Assembly: GCA_012798315.1 (NCBI GenBank)
Contig: JAAZNL010000020.1
Coordinates: 1 to 55,578 of the forward strand
Direction of reading: 5' to 3'
Source: a candidate division WWE3 bacterium
GTDB lineage: Bacteria; Patescibacteriota; WWE3; UBA101185; UBA10185
DNA length: 55,578 nucleotides
Numbering within the stretch: the first letter of the stretch is position 1; each line of letters opens with the position of its first letter. Shown in pieces: positions 46,858-55,578 of this stretch. Both the position numbers and the translations under genes were made by a program. A model generated the notes under the pieces. The model saw only the letters and a program-made list of their open reading frames with translations, ran no database searches and had not been told where the DNA came from.

Positions 46858-49010
46858 TGTTAAAAACAATTACATGGATTAAACAAAATATTCCGTTCGT
46901 ATTGTTAGTACTTATCTCGTTATTTCTATTCGCGGTAAATATCAGAATGACTCTCTTTAGTTACAACAATTTTGATTTTGGAAAATTTGACCTTGGGAAC
47001 ATGACTCAAATGGTATGGAACACGCTTCATGGCCGTTTTATGTACCTAACAGACTATTTTGGCGCTGACGTTCCGCGATGGGCAATGAGCCACGTAGATC
47101 CTATTATTTTATTGGTAATTCCCTTATTCATTTTCTGGCAATCGCCAATGACTTTAGTAATATTTCAATTGGTTTTGGTTATTTTTTCCTCACTCTTAAT
47201 GTATGCAATTAGCTATGAAAGTAACAAATCCAAATGGATTTCGTTTTTGTTTGGGCTGGCATATTTGTTATATCCTGCCGTAGGTTATTTATCCGCAAAA
47301 ACGGCGTACCACGGAGTCACTTTAGCTATTCCGTTTTTCTTTTTAACTTTTTTACTTTTTGAAAAAATGTATAACCAAAAGAATTTTTCCGGCAGAAACT
47401 TAATATTTTTTTGGATTTGTGTGGTTATTACAATGTTGGGAAAAGAACAGATTCCATTATATATAATGTTGTTTGGCGTTTTTGTAATTTTGTTTAGGAA
47501 TTACGGATATTTTTCTAAGCCAAGAACTAATAGTATTTCTCAATATATATCGGATTTTTTCAGAACCCCTTCGGTCAAACAGGGTCTATTTCTAACTATG
47601 TCTGGTTTGTTTTGGTTTGTAATGGCCTTTTTTGTAATAATTCCTCATTATGCGCGTTACCGTAGTGACGGATATGATAGGTTTGCCCGAAAACTTGGGA
47701 TAAACCAGGATACTGCGCGTAATGTCGCTTTGGATAATTACTTTTTAAGCAGGTACACGGAGTTTGGTGACTCTTATGGTGAAGTTATATTTGGGGTGAT
47801 TACTAATCCCGAAGTTGTAGTTAAGGTTGCTTTTTCCGGGGATAAAATGGAGAACTTTAGGGAAACTTTTGAACCTCTTGCTTATACTCCGTTGTTGTAT
47901 CCGCAAATTTTTATATTGGCAGTTCCGGATCTGCTTGTTAATTACTTAACCGGAAGTGAGGCGGGTGGAATATCTGAAATATACAACCACCGCATATCTA
48001 TGATTGTACCCGTGCTGCTAATTTCGGTAATTTATTTTTATCAGTCGGTATTAACTTTTTTAGCCAGTACGAAACTTCGTAAATTGGTAAAATTCGCTAA
48101 ATACGCATTGCCGGTTCTTTTAGTTATTTCTACGTTTTATACGACTTCAAAATATGAAAACCCTGTTTTTATGTGGGTAAAACAGGCTATTGAGAGACGT
48201 TTGCCTGTTTTAATTGCTGATGCAAAAACGGATTCAACTGGTGTGACGGAAAAACAGTTAAAAATAGGGGATAAACAAAAAGTAACAAACTTAGAAAATA
48301 AGGACAGAGAATGTGCGTCCAAAATTATTACTATGATACCTGATGGCGCTTCGGTTTCAGGGCCCGATTATTTGGGTAGTCATTTGTCAATGCGCAAAAC
48401 TTACGCGATCTTTCCCGCGTTATACGATGAGGCCGATTATGTCATTGTAGATGTATTCGCGCGTAAGATCTTTACTGTGTTGGGTATAAACCCATCAATG
48501 TTAAAAGAGATTGTATACGATATTTTGAAGAATCCTGAGTATAACTTTCAAATGGGTTGTGGAAATTTATTTGTTTACAAAAAGGAGACTGATACAGACA
48601 AGATGCAAATACTCCCTATCCAGGAACGTTTAAGATATGAAGAAAAAATGTCTTATACAATTCAGGACGGGCTTACGCTTGTAGATTATGAAATTCCGCA
48701 GAAAATTAAATTTGGAGAAACCGTAAAAACAAAATTTGTATACACAAAAAAGGCCAGCGCCAGTCTGGACGGATATATACTTTTTATAACTTTAATTAAC
48801 CGAAAGAACGGGGAAATATATCAGATGGCAAATTTACCCTCATTTGGGTTACTGGAGCCGGACGATTGGGAAAAGGGGAAATACTACATCGAAAACGTTG
48901 ATTTTCAGCTTCCGGATTATATTGATCCCGGGGACGCGATGTTCTTTATCGGCGCGACAAACAGTTTAAAATCTCAAAGCATTTATTTAGGCGATATCGA
49001 GGTGGAATGA
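46857..49010 (+). CDS. DUF2079-like polytopic membrane protein with an extra C-terminal soluble domain
   Basis: FDFGKFDLGNMTQMVWNTLHG...MSHVDPIILLVIPLF matches the remembered DUF2079 pattern (FDLG..Q..W....H..PI). About 200 aa of beta-rich C-terminal extension. Confidence 0.6.
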   Translation: MLKTITWIKQNIPFVLLVLISLFLFAVNIRMTLFSYNNFDFGKFDLGNMTQMVWNTLHGRFMYLTDYFGADVPRWAMSHVDPIILLVIPLFIFWQSPMTLVIFQLVLVIFSSLLMYAISYESNKSKWISFLFGLAYLLYPAVGYLSAKTAYHGVTLAIPFFFLTFLLFEKMYNQKNFSGRNLIFFWICVVITMLGKEQIPLYIMLFGVFVILFRNYGYFSKPRTNSISQYISDFFRTPSVKQGLFLTMSGLFWFVMAFFVIIPHYARYRSDGYDRFARKLGINQDTARNVALDNYFLSRYTEFGDSYGEVIFGVITNPEVVVKVAFSGDKMENFRETFEPLAYTPLLYPQIFILAVPDLLVNYLTGSEAGGISEIYNHRISMIVPVLLISVIYFYQSVLTFLASTKLRKLVKFAKYALPVLLVISTFYTTSKYENPVFMWVKQAIERRLPVLIADAKTDSTGVTEKQLKIGDKQKVTNLENKDRECASKIITMIPDGASVSGPDYLGSHLSMRKTYAIFPALYDEADYVIVDVFARKIFTVLGINPSMLKEIVYDILKNPEYNFQMGCGNLFVYKKETDTDKMQILPIQERLRYEEKMSYTIQDGLTLVDYEIPQKIKFGETVKTKFVYTKKASASLDGYILFITLINRKNGEIYQMANLPSFGLLEPDDWEKGKYYIENVDFQLPDYIDPGDAMFFIGATNSLKSQSIYLGDIEVE

Positions 49011-50476
49011 AAGATTTAGGTCGTTGGCAATTTATAAGTTTTTTATCAAGAGGCATGGCAATGGCTCTTGGAATAATTCAAAGTTTTGTAATAATCAGAA
49101 TTTTAAGTGTTCAGGAATGGGGGCTTATTCAGCTGGCGGTCTCAATAGGAGGAGCTTTAGGAATTTATCAGCATTTGGGTTTAGCCAGTGCGAGTACGCG
49201 CGAAATATCCGGAGCTAAAAAACCAGAGGATGTTTTTAAAATTTTTGTTACATCCATATCTATCAGGTATTTAATTACCTTACCAATAGTATTCGGACTT
49301 TACTTTTTCTCCGATAAAATCGCTAATGATTTGTACAAAAGTCCGGAAATTAGCTTTCCGCTAAAATTATATGCCGCAGCATTATTCTTTCAGGGTTTTC
49401 AAAGTATATTAAACTCGGTGATTTCAGGTATGCAGAGGTTTAAGCAGCTTTTCATATATCAGGTAGCTATTTCGGTTGTAAGCATTTTGTTATATATCCC
49501 GCTTGTGTATTTGTTTAAGATACCAGGGTATTTTTATGCTTTTTTTGCTTTTAACGTGCTAAACACTTTGTTTTTGATTTTTGTTGCCTTAATACCATTG
49601 CGGGGCAAAATGCACCTTCCTTCTGGTAAAGATTACAAGCTGTTATTTAAGGATATTTTTTCGATTAGCATAGGTATATATGTAGTAAAGATTATTTATA
49701 CAAATTGGGAAAAACTCGGAGGTACTTTATTGGGACTAAATAATAGCGCAGAAATTGTAGGAATATATGCATTTGCCGCGCTTTTTGCAAAAAAGATTTT
49801 AAGTATTTCGGATGCGGTTACCGACGTAAACCTACCAGTTTTGTCGGAGAAGTATCAGTCGGATATTGAAGATTTTAAACGTACGTTTAAATATAATTTT
49901 GATAAAGTTTTTGCTTTAATAATTTTGTCGGCCGCAATTGCAACATATTGGAGTAAAGAACTAATAACCTTAGTGGTCGGTTCTGACAAATATAACGGGT
50001 CATTGGATTTAGTTCCGGTATTGGTGTTAGCTTTTGTAATATATTCGGTTCTTAACATTGTAAATTCCAGCGTGTTAATTCCTGTAAAAATGACAAAACA
50101 AATGATCTTTAGTTTTTTGTTCATGTTAATTATGTCCGTGGGATCATATTTTTTGTTAACTTTTAAACTTAATTCAATTAACTCCATGGCATGGGCGGTT
50201 ACAATAGGAGCGTTAAGTTGTTTGGTCGTTATGCTCTATTTTATAAGCCGAAAAGTATCCTTTGTGTTCTTTAATCACGATCACGTGTTGCTTCTGATAC
50301 AGTTGTATTTTATTGGCTGGTCCGGGGCTTATGTGTCGGGAATAGTAAAATTGGGAGCGTTTATTGTATTGATGGGCTTACTTATATATGCGTTACTTGT
50401 CTCGAAATTGATAACAAAAAGTGAATTAATATCTGCTAAAAACAAAGTGGTAAATAAACTTAGTGGAAGAAAATAA
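49007..50476 (+). CDS. Wzx-like polysaccharide/oligosaccharide flippase (MOP superfamily)
   Basis: 489 aa and about 12-14 TM segments. The N-terminus (FLSRGMAMALGIIQSFVIIRILSVQEWG) is typical of Polysacc_synt proteins. Confidence 0.7.
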   Translation: MKDLGRWQFISFLSRGMAMALGIIQSFVIIRILSVQEWGLIQLAVSIGGALGIYQHLGLASASTREISGAKKPEDVFKIFVTSISIRYLITLPIVFGLYFFSDKIANDLYKSPEISFPLKLYAAALFFQGFQSILNSVISGMQRFKQLFIYQVAISVVSILLYIPLVYLFKIPGYFYAFFAFNVLNTLFLIFVALIPLRGKMHLPSGKDYKLLFKDIFSISIGIYVVKIIYTNWEKLGGTLLGLNNSAEIVGIYAFAALFAKKILSISDAVTDVNLPVLSEKYQSDIEDFKRTFKYNFDKVFALIILSAAIATYWSKELITLVVGSDKYNGSLDLVPVLVLAFVIYSVLNIVNSSVLIPVKMTKQMIFSFLFMLIMSVGSYFLLTFKLNSINSMAWAVTIGALSCLVVMLYFISRKVSFVFFNHDHVLLLIQLYFIGWSGAYVSGIVKLGAFIVLMGLLIYALLVSKLITKSELISAKNKVVNKLSGRK

Positions 50477-51401
50477 TGGTGGAAATATGAAAGAAAACCA
50501 GGAAATGGAAAAAAAGGGAAAAAGTTTAAAAAAGTTGGTTTTAAAAATTATAGTAAGTGCCGGGCTAATTTTTTACATATTGTATAAGGTAGATAAACAA
50601 ACTTTAATTACAAATCTGAAACTGATGGATCTTTTATTTTTAGTTCCGATTGTTGCTTTTATTGTACTTAACTATGTAATAAGCTCTTTACGTTGGAAAC
50701 AGCTAATTGTCCATGAAAACGCGAATAAAGTGTCATTAGGTTATCTGACCTCCCTTTATTTTATTGGGTCATTTTTTAACAATTTTATGCCGACCAGTAT
50801 AGGAGGAGATGTTTATAAGGTATTTAAATTGGGGAAGCGTATAAACGATAATACATTTGCTTTTACCTCTACGTTTACGGAACGTTTTACAGGCGTTCTG
50901 ATTTTGGTATTGTTTTCGGTATTAAGTTTTACCGGCATTTTGCACTTTTGGGTTATTTTGCTGCTTGTCTGGTTTGTAATGTCTATGTATATCGGGTTTT
51001 ATATTCTGCAAAAACTGTCTAAGAAAATAAAAATAGTAAAAAAAATATACGAATCATTAATGGTATATAAAGGACGTTGGACCCTTATTTTCCATGTTTT
51101 TATTCTTGCGGTGGTTGTTCAGCTTTTTTCTGTATTAACTCAATACACAATATTTTTATCGCTCGGTATTAAACTGGACCCATTTTTTGCGCTTTTTGCG
51201 TTCCCGGTTATCACTTTGGCAACATTTTTTATTCCTTCTTTAAATGGAATAGGTGTTCAGGATGCTTTATATATAAGCCTTTTCGCGTTTTTAGGAGTTC
51301 CGCAGGAGCTTTCATTGGCGGCATCCGTTTTGTATCACCTTTTCAGACTTGGTGTCAGTTTGATTGGCGGAGTACTTTATGCCCTTGGTAAATCCGATTA
51401 G
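50463..51401 (+). CDS. UPF0104 / LPG-synthase-TM-like flippase-like membrane protein
   Basis: LRWKQLI...FFNNFMPTSIGGDVYKVFKL signature and about 8 TM segments. The first in-frame ATG is at 50487. Confidence 0.65.
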   Translation: MEENNGGNMKENQEMEKKGKSLKKLVLKIIVSAGLIFYILYKVDKQTLITNLKLMDLLFLVPIVAFIVLNYVISSLRWKQLIVHENANKVSLGYLTSLYFIGSFFNNFMPTSIGGDVYKVFKLGKRINDNTFAFTSTFTERFTGVLILVLFSVLSFTGILHFWVILLLVWFVMSMYIGFYILQKLSKKIKIVKKIYESLMVYKGRWTLIFHVFILAVVVQLFSVLTQYTIFLSLGIKLDPFFALFAFPVITLATFFIPSLNGIGVQDALYISLFAFLGVPQELSLAASVLYHLFRLGVSLIGGVLYALGKSD

Positions 51402-51405
51402 ACGT

Positions 51406-52953
51406 ATGTCATTAAAACGTATTGGTCTTATATTAATATTTGTTTTGGTGTATCTCGTAACCCGTGTTCCGCGACTTCAGAACGATATAATAAATCCGGA
51501 CGGAGTAAATTGGCATTACAGATCCCAGCAATTTATAAATGGTCTCAAATACGGTGATTTAAACAAGACTTATCAGCATTATCATCCCGGGGTTACGGTA
51601 ATGTGGATCACGGCGCCCGCTATTGAGTTATACCGCCAAATTCCGGGCAACGACAAATACGATATGTACAATTTTATGGGCTTTGATTTTGTGGCCAAGT
51701 TTTCCCTGGTTTTAGCTCAACTCATCTTAACTTTGGTTATAGTATTTTATCTCACAAAAATTATTGGTTTTAATAAATCTCTGTTAGCAATGAGTATTTT
51801 AAGTTTGGAACCGTTTTTTGTCGGAAACTCACGTCTTTATCATTTGGATATATTACTGAGTTTGTTTCTATTTCTATCGCTATGTCTGTATTACTTAGCT
51901 TTACAAAATGATTCCAAAAAATATTTTATGTTAACCGGAATTTCCGTAGGACTGGCTTTTCTTACAAAAACAATTGGAATTGTGCTTTTTGCTTATCTGG
52001 TTCTCTATACGCTATTAATCGGTTTTATAAATAAAAAGTCTAAACATAATTTATTGATGGTATTTATTTTTATAGTCTCATTTTGCGCAAGTGTTTTTGC
52101 CTTTTTTCCGGCACTCTGGGTAAACGCTGCGTATATTATCCCGAATTTGTTCTCCGAAGGTATGAGAGTCGGTGTCCGTAAGGGGCATGACGTCATAGTG
52201 TTGGGTGAAGATGTAATGGACGGCGGTATTTTGTTTTATCCTTTAGTTCTATTAATAAAACTATCGCCCTTTCTGTTATCCGGATTTTTAGCCTATGTAA
52301 TTATCACTTTAAAAAGTTTTCGTAATTTCTTGCATTTATCAAAAATTAAGCAGCTTTTATCTGACAACTTTACTTTACTGCTAATAGGATTTTATTTGGG
52401 CTATTTCATAATCATGACAGTACCTAGCAAAAAACTTGACCGTTATATGCTGGTTGAATATCCGGTTTTTGCCTACTGCACCTTATTATTCTTTAATACC
52501 ATACACAATTATTATAAAAACAAAAAAGCTGTTATTTTAGCCGGATTACTGGGATTTTCGATATTCGTAATTGTACCGTTATTTGAACTGTTTCCCTTTT
52601 ATTTTACGTATACGTCACCTGTTGTAGGTAATGCTACGTATGCTAATTCTCTTATTGGCCAAAAACCTTTTGGGGTGGGTATATACGATGTTAAAGATTT
52701 TATCCTTAAAAAATACGGATATTATCCCAGGTTAGCTTTTGTTGATGTTAAGCCTATTGAATCAATATACCCCAGCAGGTTAGTTAGGGATATTAGGGAA
52801 GTGGCTGTGGAAGAATATGACTTGGCTGTATTGGGTCCTAACGAGGAATTTCCACCGAGAGTAGAAAGAAGTCCCTTTAAATTAGTTAAAGATTCCTCGA
52901 TATATATCAATGGGTTAGAATATTGGAGGATATATGTTAAAAGACCTAAATAA
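51406..52953 (+). CDS. Polytopic GT-C fold glycosyltransferase candidate (PMT_2/ArnT-like), paralog of 54457-55578
   Basis: HYHPGVTVMWI, LEPFFVGNSRLYHLD, LTKT and PSKKLDRYML motifs are shared with the last ORF. The ATG at 51406 was chosen because it lies after the upstream stop. Confidence 0.6.
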   Translation: MSLKRIGLILIFVLVYLVTRVPRLQNDIINPDGVNWHYRSQQFINGLKYGDLNKTYQHYHPGVTVMWITAPAIELYRQIPGNDKYDMYNFMGFDFVAKFSLVLAQLILTLVIVFYLTKIIGFNKSLLAMSILSLEPFFVGNSRLYHLDILLSLFLFLSLCLYYLALQNDSKKYFMLTGISVGLAFLTKTIGIVLFAYLVLYTLLIGFINKKSKHNLLMVFIFIVSFCASVFAFFPALWVNAAYIIPNLFSEGMRVGVRKGHDVIVLGEDVMDGGILFYPLVLLIKLSPFLLSGFLAYVIITLKSFRNFLHLSKIKQLLSDNFTLLLIGFYLGYFIIMTVPSKKLDRYMLVEYPVFAYCTLLFFNTIHNYYKNKKAVILAGLLGFSIFVIVPLFELFPFYFTYTSPVVGNATYANSLIGQKPFGVGIYDVKDFILKKYGYYPRLAFVDVKPIESIYPSRLVRDIREVAVEEYDLAVLGPNEEFPPRVERSPFKLVKDSSIYINGLEYWRIYVKRPK

Positions 52954-54454
52954 ACTTATTTTCATTTTCATTTTGGGACTGGCTTTTTATTTGCGGTTGC
53001 ACGGGATTACAAACGGGTTTCCGTATATATTCCACCCTGATGAACCTACTATTGTAAGGTCGGCGTTGGGGATTAGGTTTTTTCCGAATCCGGGTCATTT
53101 CGATTGGCCCCATTTATACATATACTTCAACTATTTTGTTTTTATGGCCTTTGCCAAACTGCGCGATATCGCGGTCCAATTGGATCTCAAAACGACACTT
53201 GAGGGCATTTTTCCGTTATTGTGGGACGATGAGTTGATTTATTATTTAATTACCCGCGTTTTGACGGCCTCTTTGGGTGCGCTGACGGTAATTCCCGTGT
53301 ACTTAACGGCCAAAAAATTGTTTGGTACCAAAGCAGGACTTATGGCAGGCTTAGCCTTTGCTTTAATTCCTTTCCATGTACGACATACACATTATTCGCT
53401 GCCAGATGGGCCTATGGTGTTTTTAATTGCGTGGTCATTGTATTTTTCAGTCAAAATTTTACAAAAAGACGACGCCAATAATTACGCAGGTGCCGGTGCG
53501 TATTTGGGTTTTTCCGCGTCAACTAAATATAACGGGGGACTTGCCGCCTTGATGATTCCTCTGGCTCATTTGATGAGAACAATAAAAAACAAAGAATCGA
53601 TTATAAATATGAATAGTTTTTTGAATTTGCTGGTAGCAGTAGGTGTGGCTATTGTAGCCTTTATTCTGGGTACACCGTATGCTGTTATGGATTATAAAAC
53701 ATTTGTCAGAACAGACGGACCGCAGGGGGCTCTTTGGCAGTTTACAAATGTAGGAAGTGTGCCGACTTCGGAACGCCCTATTCGCTTTGTTTCCGAAATG
53801 CTTAGCAGAGTATCAGATGATTTAGGGTATACCTTTTTAGCCGTATTTTTTATTACGTTTATAGTTCTGATTATTAAAGCGGTTTTGCGAAGAACTTTAA
53901 CTATTGATTACTACGCGTGGTTTATCTTTTTATACGGTACTTTTCTTTTGGCCTACGTAAGCGGTTTTGGCAAACCCAGATCACACTATTATATGGTTGC
54001 GTACCCGTTTATAGCTGTATTATTCGGCTATTTTTGTGCATTTTTGTACGAAAAGCTGGAACCCAAGTTAAAAACAGGTGTATTCGCAATTTACGTTTTA
54101 CTTCTGATCGTACCGTTGTATTTCTCAGTTAAACAAGCATATATTTTCGGTAATCCGGACACCAGGAATACCTTATCTTTATGGTTAAAGAGCAATATTA
54201 GTGCTGGCACCCACTTAGTGTATTCATCCGATGACTTTACACCGATTATGAAGGAGTACGAAAAACAGTCTGAGAAGGGTTTAGATAAAGCAGTCAAATA
54301 TACAACCGGATACGTAATTACAACGGAGACAAGTACTCAAAATGATCAGTCGTTTGGAATTTTAAAATACGGGGATAAACTGCAGAAAGTACAAACCATT
54401 AATAACGATTACAATAATGGTCCGGCCATTGTAATATACAGAATAACCAGGTAG
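52934..54454 (+). CDS. GT39/PMT_2-like GT-C glycosyltransferase
   Basis: First-loop FHPDEPTIV (DE motif) and TRVLTASLGALTVIPVYLTAKKLFG. GGAGGA SD at 52925-52930. Confidence 0.7.
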   Translation: MLKDLNKLIFIFILGLAFYLRLHGITNGFPYIFHPDEPTIVRSALGIRFFPNPGHFDWPHLYIYFNYFVFMAFAKLRDIAVQLDLKTTLEGIFPLLWDDELIYYLITRVLTASLGALTVIPVYLTAKKLFGTKAGLMAGLAFALIPFHVRHTHYSLPDGPMVFLIAWSLYFSVKILQKDDANNYAGAGAYLGFSASTKYNGGLAALMIPLAHLMRTIKNKESIINMNSFLNLLVAVGVAIVAFILGTPYAVMDYKTFVRTDGPQGALWQFTNVGSVPTSERPIRFVSEMLSRVSDDLGYTFLAVFFITFIVLIIKAVLRRTLTIDYYAWFIFLYGTFLLAYVSGFGKPRSHYYMVAYPFIAVLFGYFCAFLYEKLEPKLKTGVFAIYVLLLIVPLYFSVKQAYIFGNPDTRNTLSLWLKSNISAGTHLVYSSDDFTPIMKEYEKQSEKGLDKAVKYTTGYVITTETSTQNDQSFGILKYGDKLQKVQTINNDYNNGPAIVIYRITR

Positions 54455-54456
54455 CC

Positions 54457-55578
54457 ATGAAACTAATAAAAAATATAAGGTCCGAAATAATAATATTTAC
54501 GTTTTTTGTTTTAGTGCACCTTGTAGATCTTGGCCACGACAATTTTAATACGGACGTTTGGAAATGGAAACAACGTAGTTATGACTTTGGAACCGGAGTT
54601 TACGGTCTTCAATTTGAAAAAACATTTCAAAAATATCACCCTGGGGTAACTTTAATGTGGATCGGTTCAACAGGTGTAAAAATTTCCAATTTATTAACGC
54701 AGGATTTGTTCAAGGAAGCCTTTAATACGAATATAAAACAGTTGTTTTTGTTGGATAGCATACAAAAAGGTTTGCTGGTAATTGTAATTGGATTGGTTCT
54801 TTCTTTTTCTTTTTATGTGGTTAGAAAATTATTTGGACAAAAGTTCGCTTTTTTAGCATTTATTCTTATCACTTTAGAACCTTTCTATTTAGGTCTTACA
54901 AGAGTTTTTCACTTGGAAGGAATAATGTCGACTTTTATGTTGGCAAGCGTTTTATGGCTTTACTATTACTTTATTGATACCAATAAAAAACGAAGATTGT
55001 ATATTTCGGCAGTTTTTGGGGGACTGGCCGTTTTAACAAAAACTTCCTCACTGTTTCTTTTACCTTTTGTAGGATTTTCTTTAGTATTTTTATCGGGATT
55101 TATAGGTTATAAAGAAAAACTAAAAATCTCTTATTTTAAAAAACCCGTACTGCTTGGATTAACTTGGTTTGGTATTTGCGTTTTAGTTTTTGTGGCCCTT
55201 TGGCCTGTAATGTGGGTTAATCCGTTAAAAGCTTTAACCGGATTGTACCAGGGAATTGCTGATGTGGGTATTGAAACTGATCATTCGCAAATATATTTTG
55301 GACAAAAAGTTGCTGACCCGGGAACGTTATATTATTTTGTGGTTTTAGCCTTCAGATCTTCTGTGTGGATGCTACTAGGTTTTTTCGGTGCGTTATATCT
55401 TTTAATAAGCAAAAAATTTTCTGACGACAAAAATAAATTTATTGTATTTCTGCTCGCATATAGTTTTCTTTACTTTGCCGAGATTACCGTACCATCTAAA
55501 AAATTAGACAGATATATACTGCCAAGTATTTTGACTATGTCTCTGGTTTCAACAATGTTTTTTTATTGGGTTGTAGAA
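54457..55578 (+). CDS. Polytopic GT-C fold glycosyltransferase candidate, partial (runs off the window)
   Basis: Not in the ORF track because no stop lies in the window. Manual translation gives MKLIKNIRSEIIIFTFFVLVHLVDLGHDNFNTDVWKW...KYHPGVTLMWIGS...LEPFYLGLTRVFHLE...LTKT...PSKKLDRYILPS. The frame is open for 374 codons. Confidence 0.65.
   Translation, partial: MKLIKNIRSEIIIFTFFVLVHLVDLGHDNFNTDVWKWKQRSYDFGTGVYGLQFEKTFQKYHPGVTLMWIGSTGVKISNLLTQDLFKEAFNTNIKQLFLLDSIQKGLLVIVIGLVLSFSFYVVRKLFGQKFAFLAFILITLEPFYLGLTRVFHLEGIMSTFMLASVLWLYYYFIDTNKKRRLYISAVFGGLAVLTKTSSLFLLPFVGFSLVFLSGFIGYKEKLKISYFKKPVLLGLTWFGICVLVFVALWPVMWVNPLKALTGLYQGIADVGIETDHSQIYFGQKVADPGTLYYFVVLAFRSSVWMLLGFFGALYLLISKKFSDDKNKFIVFLLAYSFLYFAEITVPSKKLDRYILPSILTMSLVSTMFFYWVVE

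Overview
This 55.6-kb window comes from a low-GC, tightly packed bacterial genome. It is probably a Patescibacteria/CPR-like organism. That is an inference from three things: no L30 gene between rpsE and rplO, a shortened L3, and many polytopic glycosyltransferases. All calls rest on reading the sequence and ORF track and on remembered family motifs; no database search was run.

Layout:
- 1-968: a partial radC (minus strand) and a divergent XRE-type HTH gene.
- 965-5216, minus strand: a contiguous infA-rpmJ-rpsM-rpsK-rpsD-rpoA-rplQ-rplM-rpsI block.
- 5376-14033: housekeeping genes serS, a spermidine-synthase-like methyltransferase, uppP, secA, an RsmB/F-like methyltransferase, a minus-strand TPR-linked GT-C membrane protein, and lepB.
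- 14162-36408, plus strand: rpoB-rpoC-rpsL-rpsG-fusA-tuf, then the S10-spc ribosomal cluster through secY, a ybaB-like gene and adk.
- 36437-55578: a translationally coupled envelope-glycosylation island of about 19 kb. It holds a CAP-domain protein, three GT2 enzymes, ugd, three GT4 enzymes, a Wzx-like flippase, a UPF0104 protein, a DUF2079-like protein and four PMT_2/ArnT-like GT-C proteins.

No rRNA, tRNA, CRISPR array or transposase was seen.

Most notable observations:
- secA carries a single in-frame TGA at a conserved position, while TGA is otherwise a stop codon in this window.
- One GT4 gene is broken by a -1 frameshift at an A7 tract that forms an A-AAA-AAC slippery heptamer.
- L3 lacks about 50 internal residues and is preceded by an atypical 245-nt structured spacer inside the S10 operon.
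- The glycosylation island is unusually rich in GT-C enzymes and has no recognisable priming enzyme or polymerase in the window.
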